Shown here one piece after another: positions 47,786 through 56,414 of a stretch of 64,000 nucleotides of DNA. A program made the translations under genes and the position numbers. The notes under the pieces are model-generated. The model saw only the letters and a program-made list of their open reading frames with translations, was not told where the DNA came from and did no database searches. Origin of the DNA: an uncultured virus (IMG/VR IMGVR_UViG_3300018412_000011). Taxonomy: Duplodnaviria > Heunggongvirae > Uroviricota > Caudoviricetes. Position 1 is the stretch's first letter, and each line of letters starts with the position of its first letter. The stretch is taken from IMG/VR virus record IMGVR_UViG_3300018412_000011; one strand, given 5' to 3'.

Positions 47786-48475
47786 ATGAAACTAAAACAA
47801 ATCATTTTAATTTTCTTAAGCACAATATTCCTTTCCCCCATAGATAGTTCTATGATCTCTGATTTTGAAATCGACAGAATATTTGCTATTGACGATGACG
47901 CCAAAAATCCTGAAACAAATGAAATTTCTTCAAGAGAAGAAATTTTTCAACCCCTAAATGAATCCAAGTATGATTTTAAAGTCTTACTAAGTGAAAATAA
48001 TGAAAAATTAATTTTAGTCAGTCCTAAAGAAACTGAAACCAATCAAGATTCTTTAATAGGATGGCCCGCTTTTGCCTCTATTTTCACCGTAGTTGCAGCT
48101 CTTTTTGGAATTATATATAAAATGTTAAACAATTCAGTTGATGAAAAAAAACTAAGGAATAGCGAATACATAAAAGATCTTGCAAAAAAAATAGATGATT
48201 TCAAAAAAGTATTGCAAGAAGAAAATGAAAAAAATCAAACTCTTGATAAAGAATCAAGAGTTGAAATTATTAAAACAATAGATGAAAATATTCAAAAAAT
48301 TGAAGCATTAAAAAAGGAATATTACGAATGCAACAAATTACTAAGCGGATTGGAAGCGAACACTATTAACAACAAAGAGCACATTGCTTCTTTGCGTTCT
48401 GATTATAGAGAACTGGGAAAAAAAATTGATGAATTAATGCAAAGTATATTAAATATGAATATGCATATGCCTTAA
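47786..48475 (+). CDS. Membrane protein (signal peptide, TM helix, coiled coil)
   Basis: Hydrophobic N-terminus, TM WPAFASIFTVVAALFGIIY, long heptad region. Confidence 0.6.
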   Translation: MKLKQIILIFLSTIFLSPIDSSMISDFEIDRIFAIDDDAKNPETNEISSREEIFQPLNESKYDFKVLLSENNEKLILVSPKETETNQDSLIGWPAFASIFTVVAALFGIIYKMLNNSVDEKKLRNSEYIKDLAKKIDDFKKVLQEENEKNQTLDKESRVEIIKTIDENIQKIEALKKEYYECNKLLSGLEANTINNKEHIASLRSDYRELGKKIDELMQSILNMNMHMP

Positions 48476-49057
48476 TTATTTACCACAACATTTTTTATAT
48501 TTAATCGGCTTGCCTTGATCATTGGTGGCCCCACAAGGACAAGGCTCGTTTCTTCCAACCTTTTCTGCTTTCTTGATAGGCTTACGCATGTAGTCTAAAA
48601 TTAATTTACCATCAAAATGATCAATTTCATGTTGTACGGCAATAGCTTGTATTCCACTATGCCACTCTGACTGTTTAGGTTCAAGTTCGTAATAGAAATA
48701 TTGTTTTTCTGTTCTAAACTTATCTTCATCAACAACTTGACTATTAATTATAAAATGTTTGTAACGAGGTACAGAAGCGTATTTGCCTGGGAAAGAAAGA
48801 CAACCCTCTCCATGATGCATAAATGATCCTTCTTCTTCTAAGATTTCTGGATTAATAATGTGAATAAAAGGTTCATAATTTTGATCTTTAATAACCGCTA
48901 TTCTTTTAGGAATGCCTATCTGGATGGCGGACAACCCAACACCATTATCATGCTTAGAAAGTTCTTTTTCGAGCTTTTTGATAATCTCTTTAGCTTCTTC
49001 TACAGATTCAACGTTTGTAGATTTTACTTTTAATTTTTCTTCGTCTTTAACAATCAT
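48476..49057 (-). CDS. def: Peptide deformylase with C-terminal SEC-C motif
   Basis: GVGLSAIQIG, EGCLS, QHEIDHFDG; KVGRNEPCPCG...KYKKCCG. Confidence 0.95.
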   Translation of the reverse strand: MIVKDEEKLKVKSTNVESVEEAKEIIKKLEKELSKHDNGVGLSAIQIGIPKRIAVIKDQNYEPFIHIINPEILEEEGSFMHHGEGCLSFPGKYASVPRYKHFIINSQVVDEDKFRTEKQYFYYELEPKQSEWHSGIQAIAVQHEIDHFDGKLILDYMRKPIKKAEKVGRNEPCPCGATNDQGKPIKYKKCCGK

Positions 49058-49197
49058 AATTTCACTCTACTTTATTTTATTGAAAATTCGTTTTAGTTTT
49101 TCTCTTTTTGAACTTGATCAATAAAAAGTTATTCATAATAAAACTGAAAATTTTTCCGTGTTTATGCCCTTTAGCATATAGTTCATCTTCATTCATT

Positions 49198-49410
49198 TTA
49201 CTTCTTTTTGTATTTTTTATCTTTAATTATAAGCCTTCCTCCAAGGAATGGGCGATCAATATGATCTTCATCATTCGATCCATCAGGCCAAGGATAAATT
49301 TCATACCCCATTCGTTTGTCACACAACTTGCATGTGTAGACACAATCCTCTATATTCAATAAAGGGATAGGGTCGTTGCATTTACACTTAATAGAAATAT
49401 TAGTCGTCAT
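49198..49410 (-). CDS. Small Cys-rich (Zn-ribbon) protein
   Basis: CKC...CKLC. Confidence 0.45.
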   Translation of the reverse strand: MTTNISIKCKCNDPIPLLNIEDCVYTCKLCDKRMGYEIYPWPDGSNDEDHIDRPFLGGRLIIKDKKYKKK

Positions 49411-49584
49411 TGTCCATAGCCGTCCAAAATCTTTTTTTGGTAATTAACTTACTAAAATCTCTCCAAGTATCTCCAAAAAGACATCGCCAACCCCAAGTTT
49501 TAATAAGGAATTTATAATGACCATTCCAAAATGATTTTTTCCAATGATAAAATCTGAACAAACTTAATGTTTCTCTACAACCAC

Positions 49585-50346
49585 TCATACATACCTCAAG
49601 TAAGTTTGGCGACAAATCTTTTTAGCCTCCACAAGCATCTCTTCCATTTCATCCTTAGAATAAGGCTTCCAAGATTCTGCTTCTTCTTGATAAAGCATAT
49701 TTTTTGCATGTCTAAATTGTTGGAGAACCCAAATATCGTCTTTATCTACAAACTTTTTGAAATTAGGAATTCTATCTAAAGTGAAATATTCTGGATAAAT
49801 CGTTGTCCTGACCTCAAAATCAAAATCTTCTCTTTCTGCCTTGTTCTTCTTAAGCATAGCTTTGCTTTTCAAAACATAGTCAATGGTATGTTCTTTATGC
49901 TTCCTACGAACTTCAAGCCCCTTGTAAGCCTCCTCATCGTCTGTTTTCAGATCCATAGCCACATAATTAAGCTTTGGAAGTATAGTCTCTAAAACATCTG
50001 GAATGGTTCCATTTGAAGACATTCCAATCTTACAACCCCATGAACGAATTTCATCTAAAAGATTTTCGAGTTTAACTAAAGGGGTCAAAGTAGGTTCCCC
50101 TCCACTAATCATCATCCATTCTGCTCCATTTTCTTCTACATAGGCTTTGATTTTTTCAAGGGGTACGGTTTTTACAGGTCGATTCCAATCTTCAGGTTTT
50201 TCGACTACAATTCGTCCATTCATACAATATGGGCATCGGAGATTGCAACCAAAAAGGAAGATTGAAGGCGCGAATACATTAAATCCTGCTTCGCTTGTTT
50301 TATTGAAACCCATAATTTGGGGGAGTTTTTTATTTTGATTTTCCAT
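49585..50346 (-). CDS. Radical SAM protein, anaerobic ribonucleotide reductase activase-like
   Basis: GCNLRCPYCMN, SGGEPT, NG, AMDLK, EVRTT, LQQF. Confidence 0.85.
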   Translation of the reverse strand: MENQNKKLPQIMGFNKTSEAGFNVFAPSIFLFGCNLRCPYCMNGRIVVEKPEDWNRPVKTVPLEKIKAYVEENGAEWMMISGGEPTLTPLVKLENLLDEIRSWGCKIGMSSNGTIPDVLETILPKLNYVAMDLKTDDEEAYKGLEVRRKHKEHTIDYVLKSKAMLKKNKAEREDFDFEVRTTIYPEYFTLDRIPNFKKFVDKDDIWVLQQFRHAKNMLYQEEAESWKPYSKDEMEEMLVEAKKICRQTYLRYV

Positions 50347-50388
50347 AGTAGTCTTTTACAAGCATTCAAAACAAAAAGCAAGAAAAAA

Positions 50389-50673
50389 TTAAGGAATCCC
50401 ATTTTCTAATTTCCACTGTTGAATAGCAGTTTCTAAAAGATTTTTAGAAAAAACCTCTCCTTTGATAACTAAATCTCCGATAACACAACCAGGCAAATCA
50501 TCAATGCCATGTTTAACTCCTACTTCAACAGCTTTTTCTGTTTCAGAATCGTATGGTTGAAGTTTACAGTCATATTTTTCACACAAAGTTTCAAGATATG
50601 ACCCCATTCTTTCACATTCCGGACAATCTTGAACATAAATAAACGGGATAATAAAGTCACTTTCTAATTTCAT
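50389..50673 (-). CDS. Glutaredoxin/thioredoxin-like protein
   Basis: CPEC and GI..LP. Confidence 0.7.
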   Translation of the reverse strand: MKLESDFIIPFIYVQDCPECERMGSYLETLCEKYDCKLQPYDSETEKAVEVGVKHGIDDLPGCVIGDLVIKGEVFSKNLLETAIQQWKLENGIP

Positions 50674-50677
50674 TTTT

Positions 50678-50947
50678 TTAATAATTTAGGGGTCCATTAG
50701 TTTCAATTCTTTCATCCAAATCTGGATCAAAAACAATATTTATTCTTCTTCCAACCATCATCTCTGCGGTCTTCTTTAATTCTTTAATTATCTCAGATTC
50801 TGGCCTATCCCCATATGTAAAACAATTTCTATGAATTTGATTCCTGAACTTTCCTTCTTGACATTCTCCTAAAATAATAATACTTTTAGCTTCATCAGAA
50901 TATTCAGCCTCAAGGATAAAAACATTTCTTGTAACCGCTTCTGCCAT
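50678..50947 (-). CDS. Hypothetical protein
   Basis: 89-aa ORF with GAGG SD. Confidence 0.55.
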   Translation of the reverse strand: MAEAVTRNVFILEAEYSDEAKSIIILGECQEGKFRNQIHRNCFTYGDRPESEIIKELKKTAEMMVGRRINIVFDPDLDERIETNGPLNY

Positions 50948-51777
50948 TATAATCTATCCTCAATATTTGGCATTTGATCCTTACACATATCAATTATCGC
51001 ATCTTTAATAGCAGAAACTTGATCTTCTATCTGTTCTTTTGTAGCTGATTTCATAAAATTGCTTAAATCTATTAACCATTCTTCCCCAAAAATTTTAAGA
51101 AGCAACCAATCATGAAAAGTTCTATAATTTTCTTTGCCTTTGATTTGAGTGTCGGAAAAATCTCCAACTTTCTTATCCAAATCGTCAAGCTTGGAATATA
51201 ACGATTCTATCATTTCCATATCTAGTTCAACAGATTTATCAATTCGTTCTACTTTATCGCATTGTTTGTGCAAAGGAAGATCCTCTCTAGTCAAACCATA
51301 TTCTTTATATGCTTTTTCAAACTTATCAACTCTTTTTTCATATTCTTCTTTGGGCCATAATCCAAAAAGTCTACATGCAAGGGGACGACTTTCATATATT
51401 TTGCACAAATTGGTTTCTTGATCAAGAAACATACAGGGTTTGATGAAAATATCCTTGCCCCATTTTTCATATTCATTCCTGAAAAAATACTCAACACTTT
51501 TACAAATAATTTGCACTTTTTCTTCTTGAGAAAATTCTTGCCAAACTTCAGTTGCAATTTGAACAAATTCCGAATAATTAATTTGAGGCATTGCAACTTT
51601 GCAACAAGTGCAAGTACATGTCATTGTTGTTTCCAAACTAACATCATCATGATAGATGGATTGCAGTTTATCTTTCAAAGAAGCCTTTTGAACATTTTTC
51701 AGAAATTCTTTTTTATCAAAAGGCTTTCTTGTCTTTCTTGTTCCTTTACCCTTGTTTTTCTTTTTCTTTTTGCTCAT
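50947..51777 (-). CDS. YkgJ-family cysteine-cluster (Zn/Fe-S) protein
   Basis: CTCTCC...PCMFLD....CKIYESRPLACRLFG...C. Confidence 0.8.
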   Translation of the reverse strand: MSKKKKKNKGKGTRKTRKPFDKKEFLKNVQKASLKDKLQSIYHDDVSLETTMTCTCTCCKVAMPQINYSEFVQIATEVWQEFSQEEKVQIICKSVEYFFRNEYEKWGKDIFIKPCMFLDQETNLCKIYESRPLACRLFGLWPKEEYEKRVDKFEKAYKEYGLTREDLPLHKQCDKVERIDKSVELDMEMIESLYSKLDDLDKKVGDFSDTQIKGKENYRTFHDWLLLKIFGEEWLIDLSNFMKSATKEQIEDQVSAIKDAIIDMCKDQMPNIEDRL

Positions 51778-51796
51778 ATCTAATTATACCAGATTT

Positions 51797-52612
51797 TTAA
51801 TAATTTTTTAAATATTTTACATGTTTAGAATCTAAATATTTTAGTTCAAAATGTTCGAGAAGGTGATTAATCCAAATTCTTTCAAATTCTTTAACATCTT
51901 CTTGAGTTTTTAAAGTTCTAGCAACCGCTTCTGAGTAATCATAAGAACTTTCATTATGGAGCACTTTTTCGTTTCCTGTGAAATGTTCTCCTGTTAAATT
52001 AAAATATTTCTCTTTATATTTTTCTATTTTGTTTAAAATCGACTCTATAGCTGCAAGAGGGATTTCTTGCTTTTTGCTTAAATAAGTTTCTTCCATTTTA
52101 TGGATTTTATTAATTATTTTTTGTTTTTCACTTAACTTTATTGTCTTGTGCATTATGACATTATATCGAGTGCAAATTTCTTTTCTCAGCTTATTAGCTT
52201 TAGCTTCATAAGTGTCATGACAATTAAAACATAATGGGATTACTAAAATAGACTGCCTATCACTGTCCATATGTCTTCTAAATGAATAGGGAACGATATG
52301 ATGTTTGGATAAAACGTTAAGTTTTTTACATCCACATTCCGCACATTGGTTTTTCCTTTTAATTGCTAAAATTTCAGGAGGATCTCCTAAGCCTCCTGCT
52401 TCAAACTTAAGTTGAATAGCTTTCCGTTTAAATAATTTCTTTTGAGCAAGGTTTCTTTTTAAATACCAACGAGCTTTTTTTTCTCCACATCGAAACAAAA
52501 GTTTACCTTCTTGAGAATAAACTTTAATATCAGAATACAAAGGTGTTGTCCTTTCTGATCTGCCCCTACTTGTTTCGGAGGAATTTAGAAAATTTAATTT
52601 TTTACCTAACAT
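51797..52612 (-). CDS. HNH-like protein resembling the C-terminal domain of eukaryotic EXD2
   Basis: LY......G.LL..C..KKA.WYL.R.LA...QLKFE..G...NQC..CG...HHIVP..FR.H...LC..CH..YE. Start ATG 52612, 6 nt after a predicted -10 box. Confidence 0.65.
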   Translation of the reverse strand: MLGKKLNFLNSSETSRGRSERTTPLYSDIKVYSQEGKLLFRCGEKKARWYLKRNLAQKKLFKRKAIQLKFEAGGLGDPPEILAIKRKNQCAECGCKKLNVLSKHHIVPYSFRRHMDSDRQSILVIPLCFNCHDTYEAKANKLRKEICTRYNVIMHKTIKLSEKQKIINKIHKMEETYLSKKQEIPLAAIESILNKIEKYKEKYFNLTGEHFTGNEKVLHNESSYDYSEAVARTLKTQEDVKEFERIWINHLLEHFELKYLDSKHVKYLKNY

Positions 52613-52618
52613 AATACA

Positions 52619-52646
52619 AAAATAAACGAAAACCAAAAAATGTCAA
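52619..52646 (-). promoter_or_regulatory. Promoter TTGACA-N16-TATTTT, 6 nt before ATG 52612
   Basis: Read directly from sequence. Confidence 0.65.
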
Positions 52647-52649
52647 GCT

Positions 52650-55600
52650 TTAATAAGAAGATTCTATTGTTGCAATTCTGCTTAATCCATACATGCCAGA
52701 ATCTTTTTCAACGACAATGTTCTTGTCAACCATAGATTGAATTTCTTGGTCGTGAGAAATAAGAATCACTCTCTTGAATTTATCTTGTAACACTTTAAGC
52801 ATTTTAAAAACCGCTTGTGACTTTGATTTATCCAAAGGTCCAAAAATTTCATCTAAACACACCATCTCGGGGGTTTGAGAAGATCTAGAGAAAGATAAAA
52901 GAGATAAGCCAATATCAACAGCTAATCTTACAATCATTTTTTCCCCCCCACTCAACATTTGGAAAGAATTTGCGGTTCCACCTTTAATAATGCAATCAAT
53001 TTTTGATTTATCGCTAATGGTAAATTCAACTTCAATTTTTCCATTACTAAGAATGTCTAAAAATTCTTTAATATAGACGTTTAACAAGGGAAGATATTTT
53101 CTAACTATTCTAGTTTGAACCCCCTCAAGACCAAAATATTTTTCAAGTTTTGCATAACGATCTTTTTTAATTTGCAATTCCTCAAATTCTTTCACTTGAT
53201 CTTTAGAATATTCAATCAATTCTTTGAAACGTTTTTTCTTTTCTGTTAAAGATCCAATAGCACTATTGCTTTCTGACTTAAAATCTTCTTTCTCTTTTCT
53301 AGATTTTTCAAGCTTGTTGATCTCAGCTTGAATTTCTTTAGTTTCCACATCTAATTTCTGATATTTGGACTTAAGATCAACTAAATCTTTGTTAAATTGT
53401 TCTTCTTTGTCGGCATACTTCTTATCAATATTTGTAAGTTGTTTTTTTGCATTTTCATATTGTTCTTTGGAATTTTCCAAGCTTTGAATCAAGTTGTTTA
53501 AAGATGTTTTAGTGTCTTTCCCCATTTGTTTTTTGTCTTCTAAGGACTTTATATGAGCTTGGTAATCAGCTTTTGATTTGGTATATGTATCACAAACAAG
53601 AAGCTTGTCTGCAATCTCACTCTTTTCTTTATTCAGAACTTCTTCATTTTCTTCAACCACTTTCTTTTTAACATTAAGTTTGTCAATAACAGATTGCTTT
53701 GCTTTATACTCTTTTTTACGTTCTTCTAGTTTAGTCTCAAAATGTTCTTTGGGGACATCACTATCACATTCAGGACACTGGAATGTTCCTCCATCGGGAA
53801 CTTTTGACAAATTGTCTTTAATTTTTTTACCTTGAAGTTTAATATAGTTCAATTCTCCTTCTTGTTCTCCAACCTCTTTAATTAGCTTTTCTTTGTCTTC
53901 TCTTAACTTAGAACTCTTTTCTTTATTCTCCTTAAGATCTTTTTCAAGTTTCTTTTTGTTTTCTTCGTTTTTGCTGTCCTCTTCTTCTGAGTAGGTTGCA
54001 TCTCCAAAATTCACCTTTTTCATTGAAATAACTTCTCTTTTCAATGTTTCAAGTTTTTTAACAAGACGATCTTTTTCAGTTTCATTCTGTTCAATAGATT
54101 TAGCCAAAGAGTTTTCTAAATCTTTCCAACTGTTTGCTTCTTTGAATTTATCTTCCTTAAGAGATTCTAGTTGTGATTTTACTTTTTGGCCATCATTCTT
54201 GATGCGTTCTTTTTCTTTTATCTTATCAGAACTTTTGAGATCATTAATTTTTGACTCAAGGGATTGAATTTCTTTTTCAATGTGTTTGATGGAATCTTTT
54301 TCGATTTTAATTCCGTTGTCAAATAAATCAAGGGTTGTTTCTAAATTTTCAAAATCAAAATCTTCGTTTTCAAAAACAGATAAATGAGCTTTTTTTAATT
54401 CATTTTTTGTTGATTGAAATTTTATTTCGGATTTTTCAATTTCTTTTAGATTTTTATTCTTCTTGTCTCTTGCAAGTGATAGACATTTTTCTACCGCATG
54501 GTCCATTTTAAGGAGGTTTACAACCATTTCTTTTTGAACCTTGTCTGTGCCCGTAAGAAACTTTCCAGCATCATTCTGCCCCATCATTTGGCTATTTACG
54601 AAGATGTCATAATCATTGACGTTGATTTCTTCAATAGATTCTTTAGTATCTGTACTTCTATGTCCTTCTTTGCTTTTGTTGTCGGACAAACATTCAAACT
54701 CAATTATAGGAGAGTTAGATTTTTGAGATTTCGAAAAGCTTCTGCCTCTTTTGATCCTATAGATTTTTCCACTTTCCTCAAAAAACTCTTCTACATAGGA
54801 TTCTCTTAGCCCCTTGGGATATTCTCCATTAATTTTGGTTACTACAGATAATCCAGCAACTCCCGTTTTATCCGTGTTAGCAGTTTGTCGAACAATCTTC
54901 TCATAGTGGGCATAACAAATCCCCTCAAGAATCGTGGAGTTATGAACAATGGTAAAATCTTCTAATAGAAATAAATGATCTCCATTAGTTTGAAATCCAT
55001 AATATTCCCCTATACCAATCGGATTTACATTAATTTTAGTAATTAATGGATTTTTATTTATTTTTCTTAACGGGGCTTGCTTCCTCTTTAATTTATTAGG
55101 GATAATATGATTATTTCCAATAATCGAAATTCTCCAGTACTCCCCCGAAAAATTATTATTGCAACATCTTTTTGTTACCAACCTTCTATTTACAAAGAAT
55201 CCTAACGATCTGGCCAAAAACTCAACATCTTTCGCCAACTTCTCATTTTTTAGAGTTATCTCATGCATAGCTTTATCAAGATGTCCATCAGAATCTATTA
55301 GCCCTGCTAAAACTTTCATTCTGATTTCATGAGAATTATTTAAGTATTCTCTAGGGATATGCTTATTGTTAATTAACGAATAATGATTTAAATCGTCCCT
55401 CAATGAATTTCTACTCTTAATATCATCTTGTGATTCGTACAAAACGAATTCTTTTAGTTTTTTTGCCTTTTTAATCCACCTCCAAACCGAAACTTCACTA
55501 GGAATTTTACCATTTTCAAACTGAGGCATTTTCTTGGCTATTTCAATTTGTATCTCTTTATATTTTAAGCCTTTTTTTTGCAATTCAAAAGCCATGAGTT

Positions 55601-56414
55601 CATGACTCAATAAAACGTTATTCTTTCGACTAGAAAACCGATAGTGGATATCATTGGGATTAATTTTTAATCCTCTTTTTTTAGCTTCTGAATATAAAAC
55701 ATCAATGATTTCTTGATCTACCGAAGTAAAAGATGGAGAATCGCTATTCCCATCCCCTAACCAAACCCCCAATAAATAAGGATCTATTTTTACCTCTTGA
55801 AATGGAAAGTTAATTCCTTTGGATTGAATTCCCCCCATTAAAATTTTAAAGGTTTTAGATTGATCTAAATAATCTTCAACACTAATTTTAAATAAATTAT
55901 CTTTTAGGGTAAACTTAGAATTTTTATAGCGATTATATTTTTTATCTTTGGTTTCTAATATTAGTTCGTGTTTGCCATTAACAACATACGAACCTTTTCT
56001 ATGTTGTTTTACTTCATAGAGTTCTCCTGTACCATTATGGCAAGATATAACCTCCCTGAATTTAGAATCAGGACCCATAACCAAATCGCCCACTACAATG
56101 TCTTCGACAGGTTTTGTGGTTCCATCAAACATTAACACTCTAGTTCCTTTTGCAAAGCATTTTCCCACTCCGTTGCTAATATCTAAATCGCCATCAATTT
56201 TGCCGATAATACCAATTAAATTAGAAAGCCCTCTATTTTTTGACTCTTTAATTTTGGTCAATGGATCTGTTGCAAATTCATTATAAATTTCATCATAAGT
56301 AACAGTCCCCTCATTTAGTCGTTTTTCATCTTCTGGAGAGATATCGAAAACAATACTATTGTTTTTTTCTCCAAATCTCATAAAGTTATACAATCTTATC
56401 GCATATGTTTGCAT
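52650..56414 (-). CDS. sbcC: SbcC/Rad50/gp46-like SMC ATPase with intein
   Basis: NGVGK/ST Walker A split by the intein, Q-loop MGQ, zinc hook CPEC, LSGGE, LDEIFGPLD, ISH. Confidence 0.92.
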   Translation of the reverse strand: MQTYAIRLYNFMRFGEKNNSIVFDISPEDEKRLNEGTVTYDEIYNEFATDPLTKIKESKNRGLSNLIGIIGKIDGDLDISNGVGKCFAKGTRVLMFDGTTKPVEDIVVGDLVMGPDSKFREVISCHNGTGELYEVKQHRKGSYVVNGKHELILETKDKKYNRYKNSKFTLKDNLFKISVEDYLDQSKTFKILMGGIQSKGINFPFQEVKIDPYLLGVWLGDGNSDSPSFTSVDQEIIDVLYSEAKKRGLKINPNDIHYRFSSRKNNVLLSHELMAFELQKKGLKYKEIQIEIAKKMPQFENGKIPSEVSVWRWIKKAKKLKEFVLYESQDDIKSRNSLRDDLNHYSLINNKHIPREYLNNSHEIRMKVLAGLIDSDGHLDKAMHEITLKNEKLAKDVEFLARSLGFFVNRRLVTKRCCNNNFSGEYWRISIIGNNHIIPNKLKRKQAPLRKINKNPLITKINVNPIGIGEYYGFQTNGDHLFLLEDFTIVHNSTILEGICYAHYEKIVRQTANTDKTGVAGLSVVTKINGEYPKGLRESYVEEFFEESGKIYRIKRGRSFSKSQKSNSPIIEFECLSDNKSKEGHRSTDTKESIEEINVNDYDIFVNSQMMGQNDAGKFLTGTDKVQKEMVVNLLKMDHAVEKCLSLARDKKNKNLKEIEKSEIKFQSTKNELKKAHLSVFENEDFDFENLETTLDLFDNGIKIEKDSIKHIEKEIQSLESKINDLKSSDKIKEKERIKNDGQKVKSQLESLKEDKFKEANSWKDLENSLAKSIEQNETEKDRLVKKLETLKREVISMKKVNFGDATYSEEEDSKNEENKKKLEKDLKENKEKSSKLREDKEKLIKEVGEQEGELNYIKLQGKKIKDNLSKVPDGGTFQCPECDSDVPKEHFETKLEERKKEYKAKQSVIDKLNVKKKVVEENEEVLNKEKSEIADKLLVCDTYTKSKADYQAHIKSLEDKKQMGKDTKTSLNNLIQSLENSKEQYENAKKQLTNIDKKYADKEEQFNKDLVDLKSKYQKLDVETKEIQAEINKLEKSRKEKEDFKSESNSAIGSLTEKKKRFKELIEYSKDQVKEFEELQIKKDRYAKLEKYFGLEGVQTRIVRKYLPLLNVYIKEFLDILSNGKIEVEFTISDKSKIDCIIKGGTANSFQMLSGGEKMIVRLAVDIGLSLLSFSRSSQTPEMVCLDEIFGPLDKSKSQAVFKMLKVLQDKFKRVILISHDQEIQSMVDKNIVVEKDSGMYGLSRIATIESSY
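54939..56159 (-). mobile_element. 407-aa LAGLIDADG intein in the SbcC Walker A motif
   Basis: CFAKGT start, VNGKH block B, LGVWLGDG and LAGLIDSDG, IVHN followed by +1 Ser. Confidence 0.95.
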
